DNA of 64,000 nt from a bacterium (GTDB taxonomy: Bacteria; Hinthialibacterota; Hinthialibacteria; Hinthialibacterales; Hinthialibacteraceae): assembly GCA_963662285.2 (NCBI GenBank), contig CAXXMV010000008.1, positions 1,088,001 through 1,152,000 on the forward strand, written 5' to 3'. How positions within the stretch are numbered: the stretch's first letter is position 1; every line of letters starts with the position of its first letter. A program made the position numbers and the translations under genes. Shown one piece after another: positions 9,166-19,871 of this stretch. The notes beneath the pieces are model-generated. The model had not been told where the DNA came from and did no database searches. It saw only the letters and a list, made by a program, of their open reading frames with translations.

Positions 9166-10851
9166 ATGAAATCTCTACGTAATGTATATGCGCAAAAAGC
9201 AATCAGCCAAATCCCCCGGCTGCTTTCCGCTCAGGATCGAAACCGGTTTTCGCCCACCTTCGGATGCATGAACCGCGAGTTCTGGTTATGCCGCGCTACC
9301 GATTTTCCTTCGTCTATCGCCCAATTCGGCGTACACGCCCTGGCCCTGGTTTATGCTCATAACATGCCCGGCAACATCTATTATCAGCATCCCAAAGTGC
9401 TCGAATGGACTCTAGCGGGTATGGAATATTGGACCAAAATTCAGCATAATGACGGCTCCTTTGATGAGTTCTATCCCAACGAACGCGGCTGGGCCGGGCC
9501 AACCGGATTCCTGCTCTACGTCATGTGCGATTCCTACCGCCGCCTGCAGGACGTCGTCCCTGAAGAGATCAAGAATCGCCTGTTCAAGAGTATGCATAAG
9601 GCGGCAAAATTTCTAGCCAGCACTGATGAATCGGGCGTGTTAGCCAACCACCACGCTATGGCTATCCTGCCGCTGGTGGAAGCCAATAGTTTCCTGGATG
9701 ACAGTGAAATCAATTTCGCTATCAAACAAAAACTGGATGAGTTCTTCACTTACTGCGACGATGAGGGATGGTGTCTTGAGTATGACGGCGCCGACCCCGG
9801 TTATCTATCCGCCACCGTGAGTTTCATCAGCAAAACCCGGCTGCTTTATCAGGACGAGCGCTTTTTGCCTTTCCTGGAAAAGTGGGTGGAATTCAGCAGT
9901 TATTTCGTCTACCCCAACGGCCATTACGGCGGGACGGCGGGCAGCCGCCAGACGCTGCATTTTTATCCTCACGGCTACGAACTTATGTCAGAAGAGATTC
10001 CACTGGCGGGTTACGTAGCTGACAAGATGCTGGAAGGATTGCGCGACGGCGCCTTGGTTCCACCTGAGATTCAGGGCGAACGCTACTACGTCTACCGCAT
10101 CCCCGAACTGCTGCTCTCATACATCGATTATGGCGAACGCCCCATTTCACCGCCTCCCCTGCCCTACGAGCGCGAGCCGTTCAGAAAATATTTCCCCGGC
10201 GCCCGCATCCTGGTAGAGAAGAAGGAAAACTCATACACCGTCATAAACGCCGCCAAGGGCTGCGTGGTCAAGCATTTCGATTTACCCGGCGGAGAAATCC
10301 GCATTAATAACTGCGGCGTCATCGGTCAACTTTTCAACGGCAAAATTTTCACCAGCCAATGGATAGACGCCAAACACGAAATTAAGGAATCCAAGAGTTC
10401 CATTACCGTGCTTGGTAATTGCCACAAGATTCCCACCAAGGTTTTCAATCCCTGGAAATTCATCATTTTCAGGTTGGTCATGCTGACCTTCGGCTGGCAC
10501 GAAAGACTGGCTTACCACTTAAAAGGTCTAATCAGAAATATCCTGATGACCGGCAGCAAACCTGCGCCGGTGCGCTTTGAACGTTGCTTCCGTTTCTTCA
10601 ACAAGGGCGTGGAGATATCAACCCGCATCTGGCTTCAAAAATCAGCCCGCATCACCGGCTTACAAATCGGAGACGAATTCCCGGCGCGCTACGTCCCCCA
10701 ATCGCGCTATTTCCAACCCCAGGAACTCCAGGTGCAGGGGCGCATGTTAACCACCGAAGAACTGGAAGAACTAAACCGAACCCGCACCCTATGCGTTGTC
10801 GAACAATACATCAACGGAAAAAACCAAAGCATCTTTTCTGTTGAAGATTAA
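9166..10851 (+). CDS. Conserved hypothetical protein, probable (alpha/alpha)-toroid fold, glycan-cluster associated
   Basis: 561-aa ORF with RBS. QHNDGSFDEFYPNE and EGWCLEYDGADPGY resemble heparinase II/III-like or prenyltransferase-like repeats. Confidence 0.55.
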   Translation: MKSLRNVYAQKAISQIPRLLSAQDRNRFSPTFGCMNREFWLCRATDFPSSIAQFGVHALALVYAHNMPGNIYYQHPKVLEWTLAGMEYWTKIQHNDGSFDEFYPNERGWAGPTGFLLYVMCDSYRRLQDVVPEEIKNRLFKSMHKAAKFLASTDESGVLANHHAMAILPLVEANSFLDDSEINFAIKQKLDEFFTYCDDEGWCLEYDGADPGYLSATVSFISKTRLLYQDERFLPFLEKWVEFSSYFVYPNGHYGGTAGSRQTLHFYPHGYELMSEEIPLAGYVADKMLEGLRDGALVPPEIQGERYYVYRIPELLLSYIDYGERPISPPPLPYEREPFRKYFPGARILVEKKENSYTVINAAKGCVVKHFDLPGGEIRINNCGVIGQLFNGKIFTSQWIDAKHEIKESKSSITVLGNCHKIPTKVFNPWKFIIFRLVMLTFGWHERLAYHLKGLIRNILMTGSKPAPVRFERCFRFFNKGVEISTRIWLQKSARITGLQIGDEFPARYVPQSRYFQPQELQVQGRMLTTEELEELNRTRTLCVVEQYINGKNQSIFSVED

Positions 10852-10947
10852 TTGAAGGGTTTTAAAAGAACCATCCTTTTTAATTCTTACTCAGGATTGT
10901 AAGAGCGGCTAGAATACAAATACTCAAATCATTGGAGAGGAGAAATT

Positions 10948-11694
10948 ATGAAACGATTGACTCTTATCACAGTTGCAATGTCTATGTTGTTCATGTACGG
11001 CTGTTCGACCACTGGAAGAAAAGCATCATACCAACCGGGTCAACAGGTTGCATGTGAAATGTCGAAAAAAGTGGAGGTCAATATTGGCTATCAGTTATTC
11101 CTGCCAGCCAGTTATGACCAGAAAGAAAACAAAGACTGGCCCATGATTCTGTTCCTGCACGGCGCAGGCGAACGGGGTGATGATCTGGAAAAGGTCAAAA
11201 TGCATGGGCCTCCCAAGATGGTTGAGACCGATCCAGATTTCAGATTCGTAGTAGTCTCTCCCCAATGCCCCACAGGACAGTTCTGGGATATCGCTGTATT
11301 GAATGCTCTACTGGATGAAATTATCGAAAAATATAACATCGACCAGGATCGCATTTATTTGACTGGCCTGAGCATGGGCGGTTATGGAACCTGGAACCTG
11401 TCCACCTACCACGCCGACCGCTTCGCCGCCATCGCTCCAATATGCGGCGGCGGACAAGCCCGCTTGGCTCTTTGGATGCTTAAGGGAATGCCCATCTGGG
11501 TCTTCCACGGCGCCAAAGATAACACTGTTCCCATATCAGAATCAAAGAATATGGTTGAAGCGCTGAAAAAAGCGGGAGAAGATGTCCGCTTCACCATCTA
11601 CCCCGAAGCAGGACACGATTCCTGGACCCAGGCCTACAACACCCCCGAACTATTCGATTGGTTCCTGTCGCACAAACGCAGCGATAGAAAATAA
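10948..11694 (+). CDS. Lipoprotein alpha/beta hydrolase (phospholipase/carboxylesterase, S9-like)
   Basis: Lipobox MYGC, FLHGAGERG, nucleophile GLSMGG, FHGAKD, GHDSW. Confidence 0.88.
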   Translation: MKRLTLITVAMSMLFMYGCSTTGRKASYQPGQQVACEMSKKVEVNIGYQLFLPASYDQKENKDWPMILFLHGAGERGDDLEKVKMHGPPKMVETDPDFRFVVVSPQCPTGQFWDIAVLNALLDEIIEKYNIDQDRIYLTGLSMGGYGTWNLSTYHADRFAAIAPICGGGQARLALWMLKGMPIWVFHGAKDNTVPISESKNMVEALKKAGEDVRFTIYPEAGHDSWTQAYNTPELFDWFLSHKRSDRK

Positions 11695-11732
11695 CAAGTT
11701 TCACAAAGTTTTAGGTCTATCAACAAACCCAA

Positions 11733-11765
11733 AAGAGGCGCCAGTGATCAACACCGGCGCCTCTT
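11733..11765. terminator. Rho-independent terminator-like hairpin between convergent genes
   Basis: AAGAGGCGCC...GGCGCCTCTT stem flanked by A- and T-rich runs. Confidence 0.65.
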
Positions 11766-11790
11766 GTTTAATATGTCATTAAGCGGAATG

Positions 11791-11956
11791 GGGGTGGCAA
11801 GGGCAAGACCGCAATGCGGTCAGCCCTTGATTTAGTCCACCTCTTCCATTTCAATAATTTCCACAAACGATCCACACGAAAATCATAATCCTTGGTTTGA
11901 TTTCGTTTCTCAACAATTTCCAGTCAAGGGCAGAAAGGACACTGCCCTTGGCACCC
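11791..11956. repeat. Inverted pair of REP-like hairpins (CAAGGGC...GCCCTTG family)
   Basis: Hairpins at 11798-11829 and 11925-11950 face each other. Related copies at 31137-31175 and 35859-35890. Confidence 0.6.
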
Positions 11957-11964
11957 ACTATCCA

Positions 11965-14295
11965 CTATCCACTAATAACAAAATCACCTTCCAACCGAAT
12001 ATCCTCAGATGAATGCCCGATCATGATATGGAATTTCCCCGGCTCTACAACACGGTTCATGTTACGGTCAACCAGGGATAAATGATCCGGGGTCAGGATG
12101 AATTCGACAGTTCGCTTTTGCCCAGGCTCCAAGACGATTTTTTGAAACCCTTTCAATTCTTTCACAGGCTTCACAACCGAACTTTGCACGTCGCGGATAT
12201 AGAGTTGAGCCACTTCGGCGCCTTGCATCTTACCAGTATTCTTGATATCGACGCTAATCTTGATGTTTCCAGCAACGCCGTTCTCTTGGGGAGAGATGTA
12301 CAGGTTGCTATATTCAAAGGTGGTATAGCTCAACCCAAAACCAAATTCATATAATGGTTTGGGAGAAATATCGACGTACGAATTGCCCCATCCTTCAGTA
12401 AGCCAATATTGCTTGGATGGTTTGTGGTTATAGAAAACCGGCAGTTGCCCAACATGACGCGGAACCGTGATCGGCAAACGTCCGCTGGGGTTATAGTCGC
12501 CGAAGAGCACATCGGCGATAGCATGTCCACCCTTTTCGCCGCACATCCACGGTTCGACGATGGCCGGGATATGTTCAGCGATCCAACGGGTAGCCAGCGG
12601 CCTGCCATTAATCAGAATAACTATGGTCGGAGTTCCGGTCTTGTACACTGCTTTGACCAGATCGAGTTGCATACCGGTCAGTTCCAGAGTGGCGCAATCA
12701 TAGCCTTCTCCATTGGTGCCTTTCTTGCCAGCGGTTTCCCACTCGTTCTCACCAATAACCACGATAGCTACTTCGGCTTTTTTAGCAGCAGCGACCGCCT
12801 TATCAATTTCATCCAACTCTTCACCGATGACATCACAGCCTTTGACGTATTCGATATTGGCGGAAACCTTGTCTTTGATGCCGTCCAGTACAGTTACAAT
12901 ATCCTGCAAAACTACCTTGGAGGTGTAATCGCCCAGTTGGTTTTTCTCATGATCTGCGTTAGGACCTATCACCGCAATAGATTTGATATCCTTGCTAAGC
13001 GGCAGCAGGTTCTTTTCATTTTTAAGCAGAACAATTCCTTCACGCGCCGCCTTTAAAGCGACTGCTTGATGCTCTTCGGTAAGACGAACCGCGACGGCGT
13101 GATCAGCGTCAACCAAAGGATTCTCGAACAAACCCAGACGGAATTTTAATCTGAGGATGCGGCGCACCGAGCGGTCAATGTTCTTGATTGAAACCTTGCC
13201 TTGCTTCACGGCATCAACCAGCGGCTTCATAAATCCGGCTTCGTAAGAAATGCCCACATCAAGCCCGGCGTTCAAGCACATAACGCCCGCCTGCTGCTGA
13301 TCGGCGGCGATGCCTTCATAGACTGGAGTGGTTACGCCGCCTCCCTCGCCCAGCACCAGACCTTCGAATTGTAATTCTCCGCGTAATATGTCTGTTAGTA
13401 TTTTCGAAGATACATGCGCCGGAACGCCATCGATAGCCGGATAGGTGGCCATAACGCCTAATGCGCCGCCATGTTTGATCCCAGCCACCCACGAAGGCAG
13501 GAACACTTCGCGCAAGGTGCGTTCAGAGATTTCCATGGCGCCCCGCTCCAAACCGCTGGCTGGTTGGCTTTGTCCGGGGTAATGGCAAAAACCAGCCACC
13601 GTTTTATCCGGCGCCGATATGTCATAACCCTGGATGGCTTTAACGATATTTTTAGCATACATGGAAATCAGATAAGGGTCTTCAGAGTACCCCTCCTGGT
13701 TGCGCCCCAATCGCGGGTCGCGGTTTGGTTCAATAACCAGCGTGAATAACTGATGGATGCCCACCGACCGCGCTTCACGGGCTGCAATGGTATAGACCTC
13801 ATGGATCAAATCAGGATTCCAGGCGCTGCCCAGAGCCAGACCTTCGGGAAAGATGGTTCCGCCGGAACACATCAAACCATGCGTCCCCTCTTCGGTTTGC
13901 AGCAGTGGGATTTTCAGACGGGTCTGTTCTATCGCAATATGCTGAAGTTCATTGAAATACTCGGCCTGCTGCCGCGCTCCCTCTTGCAGGATATGATTAG
14001 CCAGGGTGAAGAATCCCCCGCCTGGCCCGATTTCATCGGTATACTCGCCCAAAGCGAACTTGCGGCAAGAATCCTGTTTTTTCTCAACGCCGTTACCCAG
14101 TTCGCCTACATAGACGCAGGGCATATTCATTTGCCCGACTTTTTCCTTCAAAGTCATACGCGACAATAAATCATCAACCCGCTTCTCGATTGGTTGGCTC
14201 GAATCCATATAGATCGGTTTCGCCATGGAAATGACGCTGGAAAATGAGATGAGGAGAGATGCAAAAATTGTAAGAGATAATAATCTGCGGAACAT
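11965..14295 (-). CDS. Secreted glycoside hydrolase family 3 (beta-glucosidase/xylosidase) with Fn3-like domain
   Basis: Signal peptide, RVDDLLSRMTLKEKVGQ, RDPRLGRNQEGYSEDP, IVLLKN, NPSGRLPIT, FGFGLSYT, KELKGF. GGAGG RBS before ATG 14295. Confidence 0.92.
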   Translation of the reverse strand: MFRRLLSLTIFASLLISFSSVISMAKPIYMDSSQPIEKRVDDLLSRMTLKEKVGQMNMPCVYVGELGNGVEKKQDSCRKFALGEYTDEIGPGGGFFTLANHILQEGARQQAEYFNELQHIAIEQTRLKIPLLQTEEGTHGLMCSGGTIFPEGLALGSAWNPDLIHEVYTIAAREARSVGIHQLFTLVIEPNRDPRLGRNQEGYSEDPYLISMYAKNIVKAIQGYDISAPDKTVAGFCHYPGQSQPASGLERGAMEISERTLREVFLPSWVAGIKHGGALGVMATYPAIDGVPAHVSSKILTDILRGELQFEGLVLGEGGGVTTPVYEGIAADQQQAGVMCLNAGLDVGISYEAGFMKPLVDAVKQGKVSIKNIDRSVRRILRLKFRLGLFENPLVDADHAVAVRLTEEHQAVALKAAREGIVLLKNEKNLLPLSKDIKSIAVIGPNADHEKNQLGDYTSKVVLQDIVTVLDGIKDKVSANIEYVKGCDVIGEELDEIDKAVAAAKKAEVAIVVIGENEWETAGKKGTNGEGYDCATLELTGMQLDLVKAVYKTGTPTIVILINGRPLATRWIAEHIPAIVEPWMCGEKGGHAIADVLFGDYNPSGRLPITVPRHVGQLPVFYNHKPSKQYWLTEGWGNSYVDISPKPLYEFGFGLSYTTFEYSNLYISPQENGVAGNIKISVDIKNTGKMQGAEVAQLYIRDVQSSVVKPVKELKGFQKIVLEPGQKRTVEFILTPDHLSLVDRNMNRVVEPGKFHIMIGHSSEDIRLEGDFVISG

Positions 14296-14387
14296 AATAA
14301 AATAAACCTCCATTAAGAATGAATTGGAGGCATTATTTCATGTTTTAGGATTAATTTTTAGAGAAGGGAGAGATTATTGCGAAATTA

Positions 14388-15734
14388 TTATTCTATAATA
14401 TCTGCCGCTAGCCTAAGTCCAACATATTTATAATGTGAGCCTTCGTAGTCACTAACATCCTTAAGTGTCTTAATTCTATAACTTGCTCGACAATCCCAAT
14501 AACTACTAAGACAATTCCCACCCTTTACAATTCCATCTGTTGATTGGTTCGCATTTATCCAAGCTATTCCTTTGTTTTTGTGTGGGTATTTCCTTATATC
14601 ATCATGCCAATCATCCTTCACCCATTCAGATACATTTCCTAACATATCATATAATCCAAAAGAATTCGGAAAACGAATGTTATTTATTGAGTTGAAAACA
14701 GCTTTAGGTATTCCAAGTCTTTCGTCAGAGTATTTAGAATTTACATAATAATGTGAGAGAATATTAATAACCTGTTGTGCTTCATCAGGTCCAATATCTC
14801 CGCTATTTCTTAATTTTGCTTCTATTTGAGCACCATAAAACATAAATGGATGATGCTTAAAATAGAAAAAAACATCATTTGTTCCTTCCTTACAAGCGTA
14901 TTCCCATTCAGCTTCTGAAGGAAGCCTAAATTTTATTTTCTTATTATTTACTATCTTTTGATTACCACCAAATAAATAATTTTTATTTTCTACATAAATG
15001 ATTTTTGTAGCGCTATTAATCCTGCTATTTAATTGAGATATAAAGGTTTCGCATTTCTCTTGAGAAATATAATAAACAGGAAGATTATCACCAATATGGT
15101 TATATGTACAATCATGTGTTTCTTCATTGATCGGATTGTTATTCATCACGGTTATCCATTGTTTTTGAGTTACTTCATAAATTCCAATATAAAAATCTTT
15201 TTTTATAGATACAGATGTTGACTGTTCATTTCCAGAAGCATTTTTGATTGATGGAATTGGAAATTTATGGTAACTTTGTGGCAATCCCATTTGAAAAGTT
15301 ATACTTCGAGGTTGAATCTTTCTCAAATAAAAAGAAACATACTCCTTATTATTAGATATACTAGGGACTTGTACTTGTAAGGTTTCTATTTTAAGTGGAT
15401 AAAGAAAATCATAAAATAACATGCTAGACTTAGAAATCCAAGGGATATATCCAGGTATAAAAATAGAAAGAAAAATAATTGAAAATACAGCAATCAGGAT
15501 TGGATAAAAACTAAAATAACGAGTTGGTTTCACTCCTCGATTTAGATAAAAAGAAATTTTTTTTTGAATATATTCATGGCATTTTACGTAATAAGAACTA
15601 AGCAACAAACTTATTATTGTTATGATTGAATTCGATAAGTTGCTATCTGAAAAAAAATTCAAGATGATGTTTATACAATATAATAAAATCACTGACAAAA
15701 AAAGATAAATAATTAATGATATTGTAAAAATCAT
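14388..15734 (-). CDS. Membrane-anchored formylglycine-generating enzyme (FGE-sulfatase) domain protein
   Basis: YEVTQKQW, RLPSEAEWEYAC, PNSFGLYDMLGNVSEW, GLRL. N-terminal TM segments; AT-rich. Confidence 0.85.
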   Translation of the reverse strand: MIFTISLIIYLFLSVILLYCINIILNFFSDSNLSNSIITIISLLLSSYYVKCHEYIQKKISFYLNRGVKPTRYFSFYPILIAVFSIIFLSIFIPGYIPWISKSSMLFYDFLYPLKIETLQVQVPSISNNKEYVSFYLRKIQPRSITFQMGLPQSYHKFPIPSIKNASGNEQSTSVSIKKDFYIGIYEVTQKQWITVMNNNPINEETHDCTYNHIGDNLPVYYISQEKCETFISQLNSRINSATKIIYVENKNYLFGGNQKIVNNKKIKFRLPSEAEWEYACKEGTNDVFFYFKHHPFMFYGAQIEAKLRNSGDIGPDEAQQVINILSHYYVNSKYSDERLGIPKAVFNSINNIRFPNSFGLYDMLGNVSEWVKDDWHDDIRKYPHKNKGIAWINANQSTDGIVKGGNCLSSYWDCRASYRIKTLKDVSDYEGSHYKYVGLRLAADIIE

Positions 15735-15762
15735 AATTAACTTCTTAACCTCTCAAGAATTC

Positions 15763-16260
15763 TTATATTTGGCTCAATCTTTTCTTGGCTTTTAACTTTT
15801 TTTCCACTACAACAGGATCAATTTCTTCCTCTACGGGTTCTTCTTCAATATTATTCGCTTTGGTTTTCTCGAAAAACTTTAGGAAGTAGATTACCCCGAT
15901 AATTAAAATAACAGTGCCAACATGAATAATCGGCGACGTCCCCTCCTTTGGATCATTCAAATAAGCATTAAGCATTAGCAGAATCACCAGAAAAACAATA
16001 AAATGAAACAAGAAAACCAGCATCAAAAAACTGGCGTTCTTCCATACATTAACTCTCTTATTTCTGATGATGTAATAACTCATGTAGGATATCCCGATCC
16101 CGTACAAACAAAGAACCAGGAAAAGAAGACGCAGCCAAAAGGGTAAGATATTATGAGATTCAACAAATACCATACCAAATCCGCAAAACGAGACAAACCC
16201 GGCCAGGCCAATTAGCACCCAAGAAAATCGACCCCAAGATTGCTGCTGTTTATCATTCAC
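15763..16260 (-). CDS. Hypothetical membrane protein (about 4 TM helices)
   Basis: Hydrophobic segments, charged C-terminal tail, GGAG RBS before the GTG start. Confidence 0.6.
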   Translation of the reverse strand: MNDKQQQSWGRFSWVLIGLAGFVSFCGFGMVFVESHNILPFWLRLLFLVLCLYGIGISYMSYYIIRNKRVNVWKNASFLMLVFLFHFIVFLVILLMLNAYLNDPKEGTSPIIHVGTVILIIGVIYFLKFFEKTKANNIEEEPVEEEIDPVVVEKKLKAKKRLSQI

Positions 16261-16508
16261 CGTATTTGCTCCCTCAACGATTCAAATTCAATATAATTAA
16301 ACAAATAACCAAGACCTATTATAGATAATTAAGCATATAATTGAATAATAATCTACTACTAATTTGAAGAAATTTTAATAAACATCAGTTTGGGTAATAT
16401 TTATTATGAGTTTTTATTATTAAATAGACTAAACGGGTAGCAAGGGCTTTGCTTCGACGATCATATGAGTTTCACCGTTTAACTTTATACCTACGAGGTC
16501 TTATTACT

Positions 16509-16982
16509 ATGCCAAAGAAATATGAAATTCCACTTTTCCTTGCTAACTTACTTACTCAGGAAACATACGATACGTGGCTCAGGCGAAAAGCTCAGGCACA
16601 TGTTAAAAGGGATAGAAAAAGAGGTAACTCTGAAGCGACTGGGAAAATTTACAGCACAGCAATCCATTCCGCAGTTATCGAAAGCCAAGGAAAAGACGCT
16701 TATACAGGAGAGATATTAAATTGGAAACTTATCAGTCAATACGACAACAAAAGTTCAAAAAAAGGTGGACGTTCCTATAGACATAAATTTGCCCTCCTAC
16801 CGACAGTCGATCATGTTGGCGATGGTATGGGTGCTCCTGATTTCAAAATCTGTTCATGGCGCACTAATGACTCCAAAAACGATCTTTCTTTAAATGAATT
16901 CACCGATTTGTGCAAAAAGGTACTCCGACGCCAAGGCTACTCAATTGTCGATATTGAGAAGAAAAATCGCCGTATCAAGTAA
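16509..16982 (+). CDS. Hypothetical protein with HNH-like nuclease motif
   Basis: DAYTGE...PTVDHV...ICSWRTNDSK fits a beta-beta-alpha-Me pattern. GAGG RBS before ATG 16509. Confidence 0.55.
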   Translation: MPKKYEIPLFLANLLTQETYDTWLRRKAQAHVKRDRKRGNSEATGKIYSTAIHSAVIESQGKDAYTGEILNWKLISQYDNKSSKKGGRSYRHKFALLPTVDHVGDGMGAPDFKICSWRTNDSKNDLSLNEFTDLCKKVLRRQGYSIVDIEKKNRRIK

Positions 16983-17074
16983 AGATTACAATGTTGATGA
17001 GTAACAGGCGGCAAGGATGGAAAAATAACCAGTACGGGGTAATTAGTTAAGCAAGGTATAAATTTAAAAAAATC

Positions 17075-17103
17075 AAGAGGCATAGAAAAAATCCATGCCT
17101 CTT
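17075..17103 (-). terminator. Terminator of the rplS operon
   Basis: AAGAGGCAT...ATGCCTCTT stem followed on the minus strand by a T-run. Confidence 0.6.
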
Positions 17104-17139
17104 AAGATTATTAACTGGTATGCAAGAACAGTTTTATGC

Positions 17140-17586
17140 TTATTCTTTGGCGTCAGCAACTTCAGCAGTTTCCGGCGCGGCTTCCGGTTCTTGCGGAGGT
17201 CGGCAGAAAATATCTATATTATGAAAATCTTTGACCATCTTACGTCTCGCCTTAACGCGCGTTGCTTTACCGATGCGCTCGCGCAGGTAATACAATTTGG
17301 CGCGACGAACGCGACCGCGACGCATTACTTTAATCGAATCAACCCGCTTGGAGTGAATCGGGAAAGTTCGCTCGACGCCTGTACCGTAGGATATTTTCCG
17401 TACCGTAAAGGTCTCGTTCATACCGCCGCCTTTGCGGGCGATGACTACGCCTTCAAAAGCCTGGATACGTTCTTTTTCACCTTCAACAACACGAATATTA
17501 ACGCGAACCGTATCTCCCGGCTGAAAATTGGGAAAACTTTCGCGTAGTTGACTTTGTTCAAACTGGGTTAAACCTGGGTGTTCCAT
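17140..17586 (-). CDS. rplS: 50S ribosomal protein L19
   Basis: [49 protein letters not shown] before ATG 17586. Confidence 0.97.
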   Translation of the reverse strand: MEHPGLTQFEQSQLRESFPNFQPGDTVRVNIRVVEGEKERIQAFEGVVIARKGGGMNETFTVRKISYGTGVERTFPIHSKRVDSIKVMRRGRVRRAKLYYLRERIGKATRVKARRKMVKDFHNIDIFCRPPQEPEAAPETAEVADAKE

Positions 17587-17641
17587 TTTATGCCTCCTAG
17601 TAATGCTCGTCAGAGCACACAGAGTGAGTATTATAGTCTTA

Positions 17642-18205
17642 TTATCTATTTCCGCAAAGCCTATCAAGCATTATCGCCGCTGCGCTGCGAACCGATAGAT
17701 GATTGTATTCTCCAGCGCCATGAATCGGTTCCAACAACAAGTCGCAACGTCGAATAAATTCGTCAATCATTCCCCACCCCGTACCCAACAGGATCAGGTG
17801 TGGAGTCTCTTCCGTCTTAAGCCGGTCAGCTAAAAAATCGTAACCGACGCTGTTATCGGTCATTCGCGCCGATGTAGCTACCAGAATCGGTCGCTTATTA
17901 TGTCTTTTCTCAATATCTTCCAGGCAGCCTTCAAGATGTTCTTCGAGTTTGACAATCGACATGGCGTCGGTTCTAGTCTGGTTATACTTGGCGCCATAAT
18001 CGGTCTGCCAAAATCCTGTGATGCGCCGGGCTAAAAACTGCATAACCGGCAAATGATTTATCACATAGTAATGCTGAACTCCAAAAGTCAAACAAGAACG
18101 CCCGATGTCGTGAATATCCATAGGGGTAATTGATGTCGTTATAACTTCGCCAGTCTTCTTATACACGGGGTAATGCAGTAAGGCGACATAAAGAGGAGCC
18201 GTCAT
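17642..18205 (-). CDS. SPOUT-class RNA methyltransferase (TrmD-associated family)
   Basis: [39 protein letters not shown]. Overlaps the trmD stop. Confidence 0.85.
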   Translation of the reverse strand: MTAPLYVALLHYPVYKKTGEVITTSITPMDIHDIGRSCLTFGVQHYYVINHLPVMQFLARRITGFWQTDYGAKYNQTRTDAMSIVKLEEHLEGCLEDIEKRHNKRPILVATSARMTDNSVGYDFLADRLKTEETPHLILLGTGWGMIDEFIRRCDLLLEPIHGAGEYNHLSVRSAAAIMLDRLCGNR

Positions 18206-18924
18206 TCGTTAGCGCCTCCCGGTTTCTTTGCGCCTTTCTCCATATAATTCCGGTATAAATCAGGGCGGCGTTGAGCGGTGCGTTCCAAAGCCTGATTCAA
18301 GCGCCACTTTTCGATCTCAGCATGATGACCGCCCAAAAGCACGTCCGGGGCGCTAAGCCCCATCACTTCTCTAGGCCTGGTATAACGTGGACAATCGAGT
18401 AACCCGGTGGTAAATGAATCATCTTCAACCGATCCATAAGAACTAACCACTCCCGGAATCAAACGCGCCACCGAATCAGCAATAATCATGGCGGGCAGTT
18501 CGCCTCCAGTGAGCACATAGTCGCCGATGGATATCTCATCCGGCTGCAGGATGTCAATCACCCGCTGATCAACGCCCTTATAATGTCCGCAGATGATAAT
18601 GATATGCGGTTTTACCGATAACTCTTCAGCGATGGATTGTTGATACATCCGTCCCTGGGGAGTGGTAAATATTATATGCGTTTCACAATCAGTCCGGCCT
18701 TGCAGATCCCGAACCGCTTCAATCAACGGAGGGGCCAGCATGACCATGCCATCACCGCCGCCATATTGCTCATCGTCGGTTTTATGATGCCGGTCTGTTG
18801 TCCAGTCGCGCAGATTATGAACGCGAACATCTATTATGCCTGCTTCACGGCCCCGCTTGATAATGCTCTCATCAAACGGTCCGCTAAACATCTCTACTAG
18901 AGTTGTCAGTATATCAATCTGCAT
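18202..18924 (-). CDS. trmD: tRNA (guanine37-N1)-methyltransferase
   Basis: YGGGDGMVM, CGHYKGVDQR, SIGDYVLTGGELPA, YTRP. Confidence 0.96.
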   Translation of the reverse strand: MQIDILTTLVEMFSGPFDESIIKRGREAGIIDVRVHNLRDWTTDRHHKTDDEQYGGGDGMVMLAPPLIEAVRDLQGRTDCETHIIFTTPQGRMYQQSIAEELSVKPHIIIICGHYKGVDQRVIDILQPDEISIGDYVLTGGELPAMIIADSVARLIPGVVSSYGSVEDDSFTTGLLDCPRYTRPREVMGLSAPDVLLGGHHAEIEKWRLNQALERTAQRRPDLYRNYMEKGAKKPGGANE

Positions 18925-19459
18925 TCAATTGCTCATCAAAGTTCGGAAGTTCGACTAAAATCTCTTCATCATCCTTACGGATTTCTTTAATAAATTCCCG
19001 GTTGGCGGGAATTAGGATTTCTTGACCTGAACTATCGCAAACCACCAGGACGTCGCATTCGCCGGTCTCGATTATTTCCTTGACATGACCGATCTCATCT
19101 CCGTCTACTGTGATCACCTTAGCATAGAGAATATCCGCTTCATAAAAGGCGAAATCCTCCAACTCCGGTAAATCTCCATCAGAAACCCAAACCATCGATC
19201 CGCTCAGTTCTTCTGAAGCGTTTCGGCCATCAATAGACTTAAACTTGATAATAGGCCAGGTATCCGTACCACGAACGCGTTCTATTTCCAACTCCCTCTC
19301 AGGAGATTCCAAATTCACGCGTTCAAGGAACTCTAAAACAAACAAATCGCATCCAAAAGGCTTGAATTTAACCTCGCCGCTTAATCCATGCGGTTTGATA
19401 ATCTTACCTAGATACACACGATCTTTGGGAATTGATTTACGACTTCGTCGAAGAACCAT
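18914..19459 (-). CDS. rimM: 16S rRNA processing protein RimM
   Basis: GKIIKPHGLSGEV, FYEADI, C-terminal PRC barrel ILIP. Canonical operon position. Confidence 0.92.
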   Translation of the reverse strand: MVLRRSRKSIPKDRVYLGKIIKPHGLSGEVKFKPFGCDLFVLEFLERVNLESPERELEIERVRGTDTWPIIKFKSIDGRNASEELSGSMVWVSDGDLPELEDFAFYEADILYAKVITVDGDEIGHVKEIIETGECDVLVVCDSSGQEILIPANREFIKEIRKDDEEILVELPNFDEQLNAD

Positions 19460-19516
19460 AATTTTAACCAGCTAATCAGTTTTATGAGAGAAGAAAGCAT
19501 CTCCACCAAAAACCAA

Positions 19517-19786
19517 TTAAGCCTTATCGTCATCCTCTGCAATTTCCACTAAGGTCTTCTTATCCTCAAGCGACCCTTTAGCGGAAACCAACAAACGCAG
19601 AGCGCGGGCGGTTTTTCCGTTACGGCCAATGATGCGACCCATATCCTCTTGATTAACCCGCAGAACAAACTCAACCGTTCCATCTTCCAGGCTCTTCTCA
19701 GACACAACCACATCATCAGGATGTTTAACCAATGACTTACAGAGATATATCAAAAAATCTTTCACTGAGTTTTCTTCCTTATCCAA
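19517..19786 (-). CDS. khpA: KH-domain RNA-binding protein KhpA (YlqC)
   Basis: LVKHPDDV and DMGRIIGRNGKTARALR (GxxG KH motif). Between rpsP and rimM. Confidence 0.92.
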   Translation of the reverse strand: MDKEENSVKDFLIYLCKSLVKHPDDVVVSEKSLEDGTVEFVLRVNQEDMGRIIGRNGKTARALRLLVSAKGSLEDKKTLVEIAEDDDKA

Positions 19787-19871
19787 ACTGAAAACATATT
19801 CACATTCGGATTATTTTTACACATAACTGTTGGTAATGGATATCTAACAAAAACATCCATTACGCCGCAGG

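Noticed and set aside
12082-14169. Several plus-strand ORFs opposite the GH3 gene, and similar short ORFs opposite other long genes
   Set aside because: Antisense shadows of well-supported genes, with no motifs or RBS.
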